64,000 nt of DNA from Fimbriosthenelais zetlandica (taxonomy: Eukaryota): positions 28,272,001 to 28,336,000 of the forward strand of contig OZ365115.1 in assembly GCA_977030845.1 (NCBI GenBank), written 5' to 3'. Below are positions 12,131 to 26,183 of this stretch, one piece after another. The notes under the pieces are model-generated. The model did no database searches. It saw nothing but the letters and a program-made list of their open reading frames with translations, and was not told the DNA's origin. Each line of letters opens with the position of its first letter. Positions within the stretch are counted from its first letter, which is position 1. The position numbers were made by a program, and so were the translations under genes.

Positions 12131-15100
12131 TGATGGATCAGAGAGAACTGATAAGACACCCAGCCTTGACACGGTTTACAAGGTACCATACATCAAAGCT
12201 AACACATGATTTATCTGACAGTCATGAATAGGACACTTGATCGTTGCCTTGGAAACAGGCTTTGTTGAAGGATTCTCTAGGATACAAGGTTCCCTTCTTT
12301 CAACAGATTGCGAATATCACAGTTTTGCATATTATGTACTATATGTACATTATAAGATAAATTATTGCTGTTGCATTGAGATATGCTACTGCCAATGTAG
12401 ACCTAATGTAAATGTAAATGCATTCAGGGAGGCCTGATAAGGAATTTCAGAGATTGTGAATGTGTCATTCCTGCTTGTTTATTTTTATAACTGTAGCTGC
12501 AATTTGGTTGTCAAAAGGAAATTACATTTCTATATCATTTCCTTGCTTACCTTATACGACAACTCCTCCACCCACTCTTACTCGCCTGTCTATCAGTATG
12601 AGCAAACAACAGAAACTTTCAGAAGATATTTCTACTTATTTCTAAGATGCTGCCATTTTTATCCCCAAATGGCAGATGAAAATTATTTATTATACATTGA
12701 TCAGAATCTAAGAGTTATTATTATTTGTCCTTGTAATAAAGTGGGGTGATTGGGGAGTGGAGGGCGGGCCACATATATTTGTAGGCCTACGAGAGAAGAA
12801 AATGTCAGAGCCTGATAATTTTCCCTGGATAGCATGTGTGTACACTGCCAGCGAGGAATGTGCAATGTGGAAAGGTCGTCTTGTGGAAAGGGTCGATGAC
12901 TAAAATAGGGTGCATTCAGTCTTGCCATATATATAGTCTGCCAGTTTGAGTACATAGTGCTGATCAGGAAGGGGCAATCATATATGGACATATTTTTGCT
13001 GAATTTTCACAGTACAATATTGCAATGAAAACCCTCAGAAACCTGGCTTAAAGTGGGAGAAATGGCAATGTCCTTACATCCCTTCTCAAGAATTGTTTAA
13101 TATGAATATTTCCATATGTTCGCATAATTCCATTGAATTTCACAGCCATAACAATCTACATTCCTTAGAATTTACTTGTTTACATTGTATGCTTCATTGA
13201 TCATTGATTGTAGATGTAGTTAAAGTATAACTTTAATCACCTTTATGGATATAAAGTGCATTGGTACCCAGTATTCTCATGTATCGAATCCTCATGCCAT
13301 TAACAAATTGCAATCATTAAAAGTTTACAATACCCATGCATTGAGCAATCCAACATACACCATATGTGAACAAAAATATTGACAATTACAATACACAACC
13401 TCAGTATTTTTTCACTTGAGAATGACATTTGCATTGACATTACATATTCATGCATTTCAACATTAAACGGTTTACTCTTTCATGGTAAATTAAAGGATAT
13501 ATCACTTACCTCTCTCAAAGCCCTCTTGATTGCTGCCCTTTATTGCAGGCCCTTAACAGCTTTGTAAATGCCACTCCTGCCCGTGTCTCATACACCTCTA
13601 GGCAGTCCAGCCTCCTCCTCCTCCTCCTGCTCCTTCCTCCTGTGTTAGGGATCCCACACACTGTATAGTCCTTTAAGGTATAAACAATTCCCTACCACCT
13701 GTACTCCTCCACGAGGGAACAAGCAAAGCAAGCCTTCTTCCACTTTCAGCAGCAGCAAGCAACTGGTGCTGTCTTGGCCTTGTATTGTACGTATGCACAT
13801 AAATAGAAGCTACCAGCAGCTAGGGCTTTCGTATTGGTATTGAGCCTTCTCACTTTTGTGGCTGGGGTTTAATGTCAATACTGCTGCGGCATACTGCGGA
13901 CACGAGGAAAGCTTGTTTGGCAAGAGGAGAAACTGCAGGTGTGATACTCGCAATGTGTATTCAGCAGTGTTCTGAATGGAGACTGCGAGAGAAGCTCCCA
14001 ACTGACTGGGGCTTTGAGCTGTTCCAAGCTCGAGCGCTTGGGCTGCTATGTAGCTTGGCTTCCTGTGAGCTACTGTGTGGAGATTTTCCAGTCTCTTCTT
14101 CTACAGATTATCTTTATTCCATTCTACATGTATTCTTATTGTACTTATATCTGTTTGGTACATTTCCCCCATTGCAGAAATAGAACTGAAACGCAATGAA
14201 CAGGGAAGGTTTTGGGACAACCCTCGTATTTCCGTTAAAAAAAATACAATAAAAATGAATAAATGAAATCTGATCATAGTTGACCATGGAATATGAAAAC
14301 AGCTAGGGTATTTTTCATTTCCACCTCTGTAACTGTGAAACTGTAAAAAAAGGGTCTGTTGTAAATGAAAACAACAGACCTTCTATGTTACGTTTATCCC
14401 ATTCTATTATGTGAGGATATTTTTCCCCTTTTTTCAATATAGGGGTACTTGTGAACAGGCAAAATCTCCTTGTTTTCTAAGAAAATGGGTCCTATTTTGA
14501 AGGTAAAATTCTTCAAAATTGTCTGTATGTGTAGATAGTGAACAAGTATTTACCCATTTAGAGGTACCCACTTTGATTCTGAGTGCCCCTCACCCAAAGG
14601 ACGTGACGAGGAAGGTATTTCCGAAGTGATCCAAAAATGCACACCTTGAACAAGAATATTGCTAGTCAAGTATGTTACATAAATGAAAGCTAGCAAGCTT
14701 GGCTTTCTGGTACTGCTTGGGAGCTGGTCAAGTCAATAATAATTAACTGAAGTTAACTGAAGTCTTATATAATAATAGTATTTTCTGTAATAATAACTGT
14801 CAGGGCTTTAAAACTGAGCTAAAACTGGTGCATTAGGTAAATAAAACCCTTATAATGCAATTCTGGAGATTATTTTGACTTTTTTTGCCTCTTTCACCCC
14901 TTTTTGCGGCTGTTTTGTACCCCAGGAATATAGAATGAGGACCAAAATCGGCCTGAATTTAGAAAAACCCGAGAGGCCATCCCTCTCCAACTTATATAAT
15001 AATAATACGAACGTTAATAAAAACTCGAAAAACTCTATCCACCTCTTAGAGATCATAGCAGTGGTGAAAACAACTTTGTACAACACGATATGCACGATTA

Positions 15101-16524
15101 CAGGGGGACACTTTGTGCTTTTGTATTCTTTTTCATCGTTTTAATCTTGGGAATTGTCGCCCCTCCTGGTGCCTCCTGGTGCCTCTTTGTTTACATAATT
15201 TACATAAATGTCGTCCCCAAAGTTGACACTTCCGGTGGATTCCGCGATCACTAAACCCTCCATAAACTTCATAAATACATCGTGTAACCGTTATTCATCA
15301 TATGACATGGACAGATTGACATATCCACAAGATCATCTGTAAGATAGCCTGTTTAAATCCCAGTATTTGTCGAGAAATGAGCTTCAATTCATCTGAAAGT
15401 CATGGGCCAACTTTATTATTAGTGTTTACTGACATGTTCAAACGCTCATAATAAGTAATTTGCGGAGGTTAATTTTGATATTGCTGTTATGTCTGGCTCA
15501 AATTTATCATTACGAGCCTACACAAGACATATTCTGGGTTCACTTTGCAGAAGATCAGCTTTGGGGGTAGTTTATTTATGCAGAAATTGAATAAAAACGC
15601 CAATGTTTACTCTCGTTTCATCGTTTGCTTGTCAACAACAAGGTTATAAATGACCTTTAATTTTACCGGGTGCGCAATGGGAGGAGTGTTTAAAGGAAGT
15701 GTCATTATTTATGGCCGGGGTTGGGGTGGTGTCTCAGAAGGGGCGTCGGGGTTGGGGGGTGGGGGGCGAATTTGTTTTGACCTATTCTTCGAAGGGGGTG
15801 TTTTTTTTGTATAATTATTCATGTGGGGGGGGGGCTTATTTTTTATATGTAATATATCGACAGAAGTTGGGGGGTGTGGGGGGGGGGGTGCAATATATTA
15901 TTGTAACACATTCAAATGGGGGGGGGGGATTTTTTAATAAATCTAGGCCTGTTATACGATATAGGCAGGCTAATAGGCCTATGCCATAGGCCTAGCCTAC
16001 TTGGATTTTCATTAAGAAAGGGGATAAATTAGATGTATGCCTATAAACTGACCCTTTTTTAGTGAAACGTTGTTTATTGACGTTCAAATTAGATCCACTG
16101 TAGACAGTAGGTTATGTATAGGCCTATGCTAGGACAAGAAATTATGATCACTACATATTTTGCCTAGCCTCGGTAATTCAGGATTCGTAGGCCTTAGTCT
16201 ACCTGTCCTGGAAACCTGGAAATGTGCTTATATAGGGCATCCTTTTTAAAATGAAAAGTCCTGGTCCTGGAAAGACGGGTGTAGGCTTATTTTTAATGCT
16301 AGGCCTGGATCTAGCTTCCCTGAGGCCTGAAAGCCTGCTTAACTCAGGGCCTATTATTAAGCCTTTCCACCATTGAAAACCATATTTTCAATAAGCCTTT
16401 ATATTCCAATCTCATCTTTCTCTGTTACCAGATAATAGGAAAAATATTTTTTTTTTTTTTTTTTTACAAAACTAGGCCCAATTAATTGCAAGCTAGAACC
16501 GGACTTCAGTCCGGTTCTAGCTTG

Positions 16525-16817
16525 TAATAATAATAATAATAATAATACCGGATTTTTATAGCGCCCTTTTCATGTATAAAACATGCTCAAAGGCGCTTTA
16601 CATAGAGTAAATTATAAAACATGTAAAAGTTTATAAAATTATAGAATAAGACACAAATAAAATGCCACAAACATGGCAAACAGTAAGAGAGAAAATAATT
16701 AAGAAAATCAATTCAAGTAAGATTTCTTAAAAAGGTGAGTCTTTAAACGGCTTTTAAAAGTGGCTAGTGTGTCAGTGTTTGTAACATCCAGTGGTAGAGT
16801 GTTCCACAGGTTTGCTG
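16525..16817 (-). mobile_element. 3' fragment of an L2/CR1-clade LINE with a (TTA)n tail
   Basis: Minus strand reads ANLWNTLPLDVTNTDTLATFKSRLKTHLFKK, a typical C-terminus for L2/CR1 ORF2. It is followed by a 3' UTR and a trinucleotide tail at 16525-16547. Confidence 0.8.
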
Positions 16818-19800
16818 TCAAGTCAAGTCAAGACAAACAATCAATGACAAATGTCTGTAACGGCATAACAATCAACTTCATAGAATACTCAATTGGATAG
16901 ACGATATCACTTGGTTGTTTGGTCGTGGTAGAACGTAAATCGAGACCAGGTAGGCTTGGACTTCAGGCAATCTTCGGGTCCTTTGACCCACCTCGGGCCG
17001 CGATTCAAGTATATTACTCTCAAAACTAGTCTCAAATATGAACCGGATTCTTTTTCGGATTCCTAACCAGAAATATCATGGATATTTCGTCAAGAAGGGA
17101 CTATAAGGCATTGCTCTAGGTAAGTTGAACTTTGGGGAAACTTGGGGAACTTGGGGAAATTTGATTGTTATTTGGTGGACTGTGGGGTGGTGTGGTTTGA
17201 TCAAGCATGGTGGAATGGTCCACGACACGAGAGCATGTGTTTGTTGGTCAGTGCATCAGAGTACATGCAGCACAAAAGTTTCTAGTCGAAAGTGGTCATG
17301 AATATTTTCCCTTATAAATGTTATGATTTATAGGTCACGGTTTGTTTCACTATTAGATCAATTACTCGACCAGATCATTTGAAAGCTCTTAAAGTGGCAT
17401 TACAATTTATAAATATTCAAGATCATTCGTTTTTGTTTTTCAGTTGATGTAAACCTGCTGTAAAGCTTAACTGATAAGCCTGTGCTAGCGAGATCTGGCC
17501 CGCTACATATCACTCATCATCCGTCCGAACTACTAAAGCTAAACTACCAATGTAACGCTCATGGTAGAACTCGTGGTTGTAAATGACTTACTCATGGATG
17601 TCAATGACTTACTCATGGTTCTCAATGACTTACCGTCAGAGAACACCTGGATCAAGAACGAAATCTCTCCCGTGAATCATCTAATTTCTCACACACAAAG
17701 GACAGTGAATGAACTCTGAAGCTAAATGCTCATTTGTGCATGACGTGTATAGTCGATCCTCGGGGAGGGGCAGACCGTCGCTGGATCAGGAACAACTAGA
17801 CTAGAGAGAGTGTGGTATATGAAGAGGTTATGGAGAGTAACTCTTACTGACTGGAAGGAGTTGGCCCGCCTACCACACGCTTTAGGTGAGTTTGTTTTAA
17901 TATTTTGTGAATATTTTTTTAATCTTTAATTTAATTTTGCTTTCATTGGATTTTTTAATTTTTGGAATATTGGAATATCTAGCAGTCCATGATCTTTGTA
18001 AAATTAGTGAATTAATCAGGGTTATTTTCTTTCTTTGCAGTCTGCCCCCTCCCCGGTCGCAGTGAGTAACACATTAACTTTTAGGGCCTGCCTTTTTGTT
18101 GCGTTAATACTAACTTCGATTTTAAAACTTGTATTGCTCAAAATGTGATTTTATATCTCAACAAATGGGAGGTATCAATCCATAGGTAAACTATGAATTG
18201 AAATTTTAAGTGTAAACTTCCAATCTAACTTCCTTGAAACTTATATGAAAAATATTTTTGAGCAATACAATGTTAATTCTGTTTCCTTGTCATTCTTTTG
18301 CAGGCGTTTCTTAACATTGTTCTTAGTGGGTTTTGATTTCGTTTTGGCAGGCCCCCAATTGGTTAGGGGAATAGCACCGGCAGCTTAGGCAAGCATCTAT
18401 GCTCTTTACAATGGGAGTTTGGTGGTCCCAATGGTGATATCGTGGGTCCTAATGTTAAGTTATAAGTTGAGTCAGGCTAGGTCCTGCTGCCCGGTGCTTA
18501 CAGTGTCGCCTGTTAGAAAGCTTAGGACGGGGGGAGGGGGAAGGGGGAAGGGGAGGTTGTAGAAATCGTAGGTAGCCAGTCCTCCAATTAGACTAGACCC
18601 TTGACGAAATGAAGAGTGAAGAATGTCACAAAGTCTATCCAAACTAACTTGGACCGAAACGCCATAGAAATGTACACCGTGGTCTCGGTCCAAGTTAGTT
18701 TGGGCAGACGGTATGTGCCAAATGAAATTATGATGAATTTTTTTTTTCGTGATGCATAGAACTTTTACAAAAAATGATAAGAACACGCAAGTACATTGGC
18801 AAATGAAAATCATCAAATACACATTCTTAAGAAATGGATACAAAGGTGAACATAAAAAATATCTATGAAATGTTACACTGTAACAATCTCGCTACACGAA
18901 CGACTGCGCGAAACTGGAAAAACTACAAATTGAAAATAAGGTGGAAAATCAATGTGATCGACTACACCAAACATTGCGGAAAAAGGAACAAGGGTAGAAA
19001 AATACATCTGCGACTTCTCGAAACGTTTTTGAAAAAATAAGGTGGAAAATCAATCTCCGACCAAAGTTCTATTCAAACCACTGGAAAAAAAATAGGAATG
19101 AGAACTTTTCCAAGTCCCTCCTGAACAAAGGTTTTCCTTTTCAGCTATTTAAGAGCTGTTTATTTAAATATAAACGGCTCTACAGGTTCACTAATCATGT
19201 GTGTTTTATTCCAGCATCCTCAATGTTTAAACAAGGTTATGTAACTCTATATTTTTATTTTCATTGTTGACGAGTTTGTGGATATCACCACCCTAGAAAG
19301 ATCACCACTAACGACCCAGGTGAATATAATAATTAGGAATATTTCATTTTGTAAATTAATTTTGAGATCGCATCTGATTAGGACATCACTGATCATTGTA
19401 AAACTGCTCAATACTTTTGCTAATACTTCTCCAAATCTTATTTTCGCAGATATGGTCAATACGGAATGACCGAAAACGTTACACTGGTTCCCCGAGCTAC
19501 CACTACGCTTATGTGGCGCGGGATCCGTGGAATTTAAATCAGGACGTGGGGACCAGTCTACGAAAACGTATCCACACTGAATTCGTTATGGCGGACACCG
19601 GGCATGCTGGCGCCACCACACGAGACGGCCAGTAACGGAACTAGAGAACGCATGCGCCCGTCCTCGGTCAAAAGCCCCTATTATCGCTCACAACAAAACT
19701 GCTTCCATTCTCTCCCCGATTACTGGCTTACAAACAGTGTAGCTCTGTTATATTGGATGTGATAAATTCTTAATGGAAATCTACCGATGGATATTAATTT

Positions 19801-20022
19801 TGGTTCATATGGGTGCTTTCATAAATTCACAAACATCGTCTGAACATTCCTAGCGGCGCTGCACCGGCCCTGTCCTGGGCGCTCAGCTGATGGTGGTGAC
19901 AAGAAACAGTGCTGGCACCTGGTGGTTTACCGCTGAAGTAAAGGCGCGGCGGAGCTCAGTTCACTCGCGTGGCACAAGGTGGCAGGACCAGATATCGCAT
20001 CAAATAGCTAGGTTCCTTACTC

Positions 20023-20112
20023 ACGGCTCTACAAGTTACGGCTCTACAAGTTACGGCTCTACAAGTTACGGCTCTACAAGTTACGGCTCTACAAGTTACG
20101 GCGCTACAAGTT
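20023..20112. repeat. 15-bp tandem repeat, 6 units (ACGGCTCTACAAGTT)
   Basis: Five identical units plus one unit with a single change, read directly from the sequence. Confidence 0.95.
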
Positions 20113-23100
20113 GTGACTTGGTAAGTTTCTTGTTTTTAATATGTTCTAAGGCTGTAGGCCTATATGCTACATTAAAACATAGAAAACATTTGGTCCTCTG
20201 TGCATGGTGCACCTAGTACAGTGTCGACACCTATGATCATCTAACAGCATTAAGCATTGCATGGTCAGTTCCACTGTTGCGCCGAGACGCCACCTATTGT
20301 CTTTTAGGAGTAATGTTGCAATGGGGAGATGGTAGCCTATATGACAAGCCTAGAGCAGAGACCCTAATACATGTATAAGGTCTCTGCCTCGACTCCCAGC
20401 GACAATAGCCTCACCAGGACAGATACTCCGTCTTAGGAGATCGAGGCCTTTGAATCGTAGGCCTGATATTAACATTTCGAATAAATAACCATTCGAATAG
20501 GCCTATAATGTAAGCCTATAATTGTTATATCAAATATTGACACTTTGACTTCATTAATAATTGGTCCTACACCTACAGTATTCCTATTGATAAAGACTAG
20601 ACGCCAAGTAGCTAGTTGCTAGTTTTTATTAAAAAAAAAATTATAATGGAATGTAGGCTTAGAACCTGTTATATAACATCCTAGCTTAGCAGCACTTTCA
20701 ATTTTGACTTATTAGTTGATCCTCATCCCATATAATAACAATTTTATATGAGAACAATGCAATAAATCAATGAAGTTAGAGCAACATTAGACATTATTTC
20801 TTCTTAGAACAACAGCCATCTCTAGACTTGAAAGAAGGCTGCTGCTGCAGCACCAGACATGATAATATTGATCCAGTTTGCGACCCTCCTCATCTCTCCT
20901 CCTCTCCCTCTCCCATCCACCACCACCACCACCAAGTCTGAGCCTGTCTCTTTCCCCCAACACCACCACCACACCACCACAGCAGCACCACCACCACTCT
21001 ATAGTCTGGTGGTAATAATATATGAGACGTCTAGCCTCCCGACCAATCTACAAACTCTACATAGATTATACACTAACCTGCTCCCGCCCAGACTTCCCCT
21101 ATATCCCGAGCAATAGCTATAACCTATGAGCATATGGAACCGATTATTATTGACTTGCCTATGGCCACATCCTCTATTATCGGCCCCCTTAACTCCATGG
21201 TCAAAATGGCCCTATTTTCCTAATCAGACTGCAGTTATCATTCTGGAAAGGAAGGGTTTTATTGTCGTTCTATTTTTAGTTTGGTCGGCAGCCATAGTGG
21301 AGCAATATTGACTGCATAGGCGAGAGCTGCTGCAGCCTCCCTCCCCATTCAATGTAGACCCAGTCTGGACGAGTGGCAGGGGCCTGGGCGGGAGGGGGTA
21401 AAGTCGGGAGGGGGTGGGCAGAAAAGGGGGGAGGGGAGGGGATATGGATGTTTGGATGGAGTAGACTGGGCTTTGCTGAGGGCCCGTGGTTCGAGAGACA
21501 AGGGCAGTATCTAAGGAATAGAGGGGAGAGGGACATAGCAGCTGTAAAATATCTTTTGGAAATATTGCCGAGAATTTGATCCAAACTCCCCGAGTAGTTA
21601 GCCACATATGGTAGAATCTACTGAGTGAATAGCATGGAATATTGCTGCCATATTGGTAGCACATGAACATGCGTGGCTGGTGGTGGTGGAGGTGTTGGTG
21701 GAAGAAGAGGGCATCGGGGAGGGAGACCGGGAGGACCGAGCCCAGCACACGGGCTCCGCTCGAGGTCCCCCGGTAAAAATCACCTCCCTCATACTGCCCT
21801 CCTTCCATCCATCCAATCCAGGTAATATTGGAGGGAGAAAATATCATTAAGTCATAAGATAGAAGTGGAGGAAGAAGAAGAGGAGGAGGAGGTGGTGGTG
21901 GTGGAGGGAGGGCCCTACAGATATACACACGGACACGTGCACGCACGTTCCCCCTATACCGTGCGTGCGTGAGAAAAGGGCGGGAGGAGAGGTAGTGGAG
22001 TTGCTCAGGAGACTAGGGCAGCCACGGGCAGGTAGGTTTCAATATTCTACCAATATTAAATCTACCAAACATTAAACCACTTTTATAACTCTTAACCAAT
22101 ATAGATCCTCAATCAAAAAGAGATTAGGGCTATCTATGCCGAGAATCATATTTACCCTTGTCCCTTTATTAGATCCATATTGGTTCAATATCTATTTCAT
22201 ATGGATAGAACCACCAGTTGAACATCAGTTGATTTTCTTCTGAGACTCTATCCAAAACTACGCTAAATCCCAACCGATATTGGTATTAAAATATTACTTT
22301 CCAGAAAGGTTCTATATTCATGTTTTTACAGTTTTAAAGATTCTATGATCAAGTGAAGAATATGGCACCATAATGTAACAATTCAAGGCTAATAATAGAT
22401 TTCCCGGTGTATGGTGTAGACAATAGAATGTCAGATGGATGGTATTTTATACCAATGCTCAACCGTATCCATTCTTTAGATAGGTAAGAAGATGCAGCAG
22501 AAAGACTATAGAGGTTATTTTGCTAAGTCTTCATTGCCTTTAGCCACCAGTCTGAACTCACACATTGAACTCACTCACTTCACACAGACACTCACTCAGA
22601 CCCTGTGCCAATATTGCGCGCCATAGCAAACATCCCAGGAATTTCCTGGCTTAAGGTAACTCCGCACAGAGCCGCGTTTGCGTTTGAAATTGAAATGATT
22701 TCATATGAAACTGTGGTTAAAAATTGCCATTGACTACTTACACTTTAGGATATTGACTTTAATACCATTGAAAACCGTATGGTAGGTTTTCGTATTTTCT
22801 TAGATTCAAATAGAATTCCATTTCTACGTGTAGAGATACATTAAAACATTCCAACTATTGTTACTCACTGCATTATGGATTTCTGCTTTATGTTCTGAAT
22901 TCAGGACAGGATTGTTTTACATAACTGCAATAGTTTTACATAACTGTCTAATAGGAGTCAATTTAAAATCTTGACTCCCTAACCCAAAATGACCAAAGTT
23001 TTTACTGACGGAAAAGTAGTTTAGAAATGCCAGGTAATACCCGTGTCAAAATCCAGACCTCCACACCCTGTATATTAATATCATGTAATGAATAGAATGG

Positions 23101-26100
23101 AAACTTGTATAACGGTCACATCACTATAACAAATATCTCACATAACGACCATTAATAAGTTTAATGTTTGAATATCCATGTCTTCACAATTGCGGTCACC
23201 TCGTATAACAGTCAGAAAAACATTATAGAACAAAGGCATCTGGCAATACGATTAGTGATGTTCCAATGTATTAGAAAAGGCCAATTTATTATGGACATAT
23301 CCTCAACGCAAAATGTGTGTGAATGACCTTAAAGTCTGTTCACTAGCCAATAACAAGAGAGAGGTGGGAGCGGGAGGAGGAAGGGCTGGTTTTTACACCC
23401 GAGGGAACTTAGAGCTCTGTGGTTATATTCTGGCCAGTCTACAGCTATAACATGGGCAGCTATACAATGGTCTAGCCAGCCTGCATGTGTGCTCGGTTTC
23501 ATAATTAAAAGTTGCGCAGAATATTCGAAGAGACAAACATGCAGTAAAAATGATTAATGAGAAATGCCAAACAGGAATAAATATTTTTTGAAAATAACTA
23601 GAAAATTAAGAAAATAATTGATTTTTAATTAAAATTGAAATTGGGTTTAATTCCGATTTTGCAGAATGATTCAATCACAACTCTTGTGCACTATGTTGGA
23701 GTAAATGCTTTAGTTCTATTTAAAATTAAAACCAATGGAAAATAAACTATTGCCATAATACTTATGTTATTATGAAACAGCCCCCCAGATCGAGTCGTAA
23801 CTACTAGTATTATAGGCCCATCTTGTGGCCTCCCACATCGGACCTCTCTATTAGACACATAGCATAATTTCCCCCTGTCATTACCTCTCTATATTTCTCC
23901 ATATAATATACATGGCCGATATATGAGGCTTCCACCAGCTTCCAGGAGTATTAAAATCTACATTATGGTGTAGACCATGCAGTCTACCGTGATAAAACCT
24001 GGACCAATATAATAAATCTGAAATAAAATGTATTGGTTCATGGAATATTACTGTTTTATAGGTTACGTTTATAGATCACATCCAAAGAGAATTACTATAT
24101 AATATATGAATTACTAAAGGGATCATTTTGAACGAGTCAATTTCGTGCCCACTTAAACATTTTGCCAGATTTTCCATAAATGAACTGCAACGGAAAGAAT
24201 AATATTTCACCATTTTCTTAAATACATAAGAGCTATTATACCTTTAATTAAAATAACGAATGAAGAGTATATATTGTATCTTTTATTGTTTTAACAAACC
24301 CAATTTAAATTTATCATTCCATGCTGTTCAGTAACAAATCTTATTTAATTCAACAATAAATCATTATGCTATAATATAATGCATACAGGGTCCCATTCAT
24401 CTTGGAACAGAATCAGGATTATGTTCTTTTCCGCCCATTTTCCCTCCTGCCCTTTTCCCTCTCCACTCCAGTTTCCTCCCATCCCAGCAGTCCAGTGACA
24501 ATCCTCCTTATCTCTGTCACACAGGCCTTGCTACTAACCACACATCCTGTCCCCGCCCCCCCCCCCCCCCCCAATCCATGCCCCCCCCCCCCCCCCGCCC
24601 CTTTCACCAATAAGCCCGTTACCATGGCAACACTATGGTCAAGAAACCTGTAAAAGCCATGCAGTCTCAGATTGTTCTTCTTGTTCTCTTCCCTCTCTCC
24701 ATTTTCCCTCTCCATTTTCTCTCGCACTCCCTCCCTTATTCCTTTCACTCTCCATGCATCAATCCTACTTTTCCTCTCACTAATTTTCCTCTCCCTTATT
24801 CACCTCTTACTCCTCTCAAATCCTATAATATTATCTCCTCCATTTCTCTTTTTCCCTTCCCTCCGGTCTTCTTTTCAATCACATTAATACACTCTCTCGA
24901 TCTCCTTTTCTCTCTCTCTCAAAATCATAATTGACTTCATAACTTTCTAGGAATAAACAATTTTTCAAAATTAATGTCCATGGACTAGGCCATTTTTACG
25001 TGTGTCTTCAATGTAGGTCTTGAAGTCTGGGCAGCTTATATTAAAGCTTCAATCTCATATTGTGAAGTGATTAAAGGTGCGTTTATATGTATAATATGTA
25101 CATGTAAAACTTCTTCAAATCTCAAATGGGACGCCCACAATGTCCACAGCTCCTCGAGATACACACAGGTTTTGCTAAAATTCTTATGTGACTGATCAAT
25201 ATTTTGTATGTTTCATCATTCTCATTAATGAAATTTGCACCTTTACTATACCATCACGGCGTTTTTTGTTTTTGTTTGACACTTCCAATTTTACATTATA
25301 GTGACATACGTCTATAATTGCTTAAATCACTGATCTTTTAAAAGATAAAACATTTTATGAGTACATTATAGTATCTGATTTTAACACTGAAAAGAGCCAT
25401 GAGACAATTATTTTAAATCCATTTGAAAACTACAGGTATACGCACTAATGTCGGTTCTGCTGCATGCCAGTCGCTATTGAGGTAGACGAGCGCTCGTCCC
25501 TATAACAGACTAACCCCTCCTCCTACTACCCGTGTGAGGATCATAGGTGATTCCTCAGTCGAGGGGGGAAGTGACTCAAATTGAGTTATTTTTTTTCTTC
25601 TAAAGTTCTTTAAATAAAATCAAAGACTTGCGCAAGTCTACTATTGAGGCAGTACCAATGAATAACGATCCTTTTTGTCCTTTGCAGAAGAAACATCATA
25701 ATTATTAATGGTTAGGCATGATAAATGCCAGAGAATGTCAAAGGAGACGCATGAGAAACTGTTGCAATTTTATCTGACTCTGACAAATAGGATATATTTT
25801 GCTAATTGAGTTTAGACGTCAAGGTTGTCTGGAGGCCTTCTTTCATTTGTATGAATCGAAGAAAGTATATGGATATATGAGGGGTATATATCATAATGTT
25901 GAAGATGGGATGGAGTGTTGTTTTCTGTAAGAAGACATTGCTTAGACTCTACCTAGGGATGCTGATAGTGTAGATAAGCAATCAATAAGAAGGCTTGTCT
26001 GCCTTTGCTTGTTCTCCGTCTCTACACTCTCCAGCCAGCTAGACAGTTTCACAAAAATACAAGCTGTAGGAAGGTGCCGTGTTAATGGCCTGGGACGAAG

Positions 26101-26116
26101 GAATTATAGGAGGATG

Positions 26117-26135
26117 TTTCTTTCCTTCCTTCCGT

Positions 26136-26183
<48 letters not shown>
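26117..26183. repeat. (TTTC)n microsatellite at the start of a pyrimidine-rich block
   Basis: Direct reading. Confidence 0.9.

Noticed and set aside
17520-17810. Structured RNA gene (snoRNA or rRNA fragment)
   Set aside because: I could not match any diagnostic box or conserved rRNA segment. An Rfam search would settle it.
21224-21946. 240-aa minus-strand ORF and similar long ORFs at 33245-34027, 6632-7015 and 26009-26500
   Set aside because: These are low-complexity purine/pyrimidine tracts that lack stop codons by composition; no domain or supporting splice structure.
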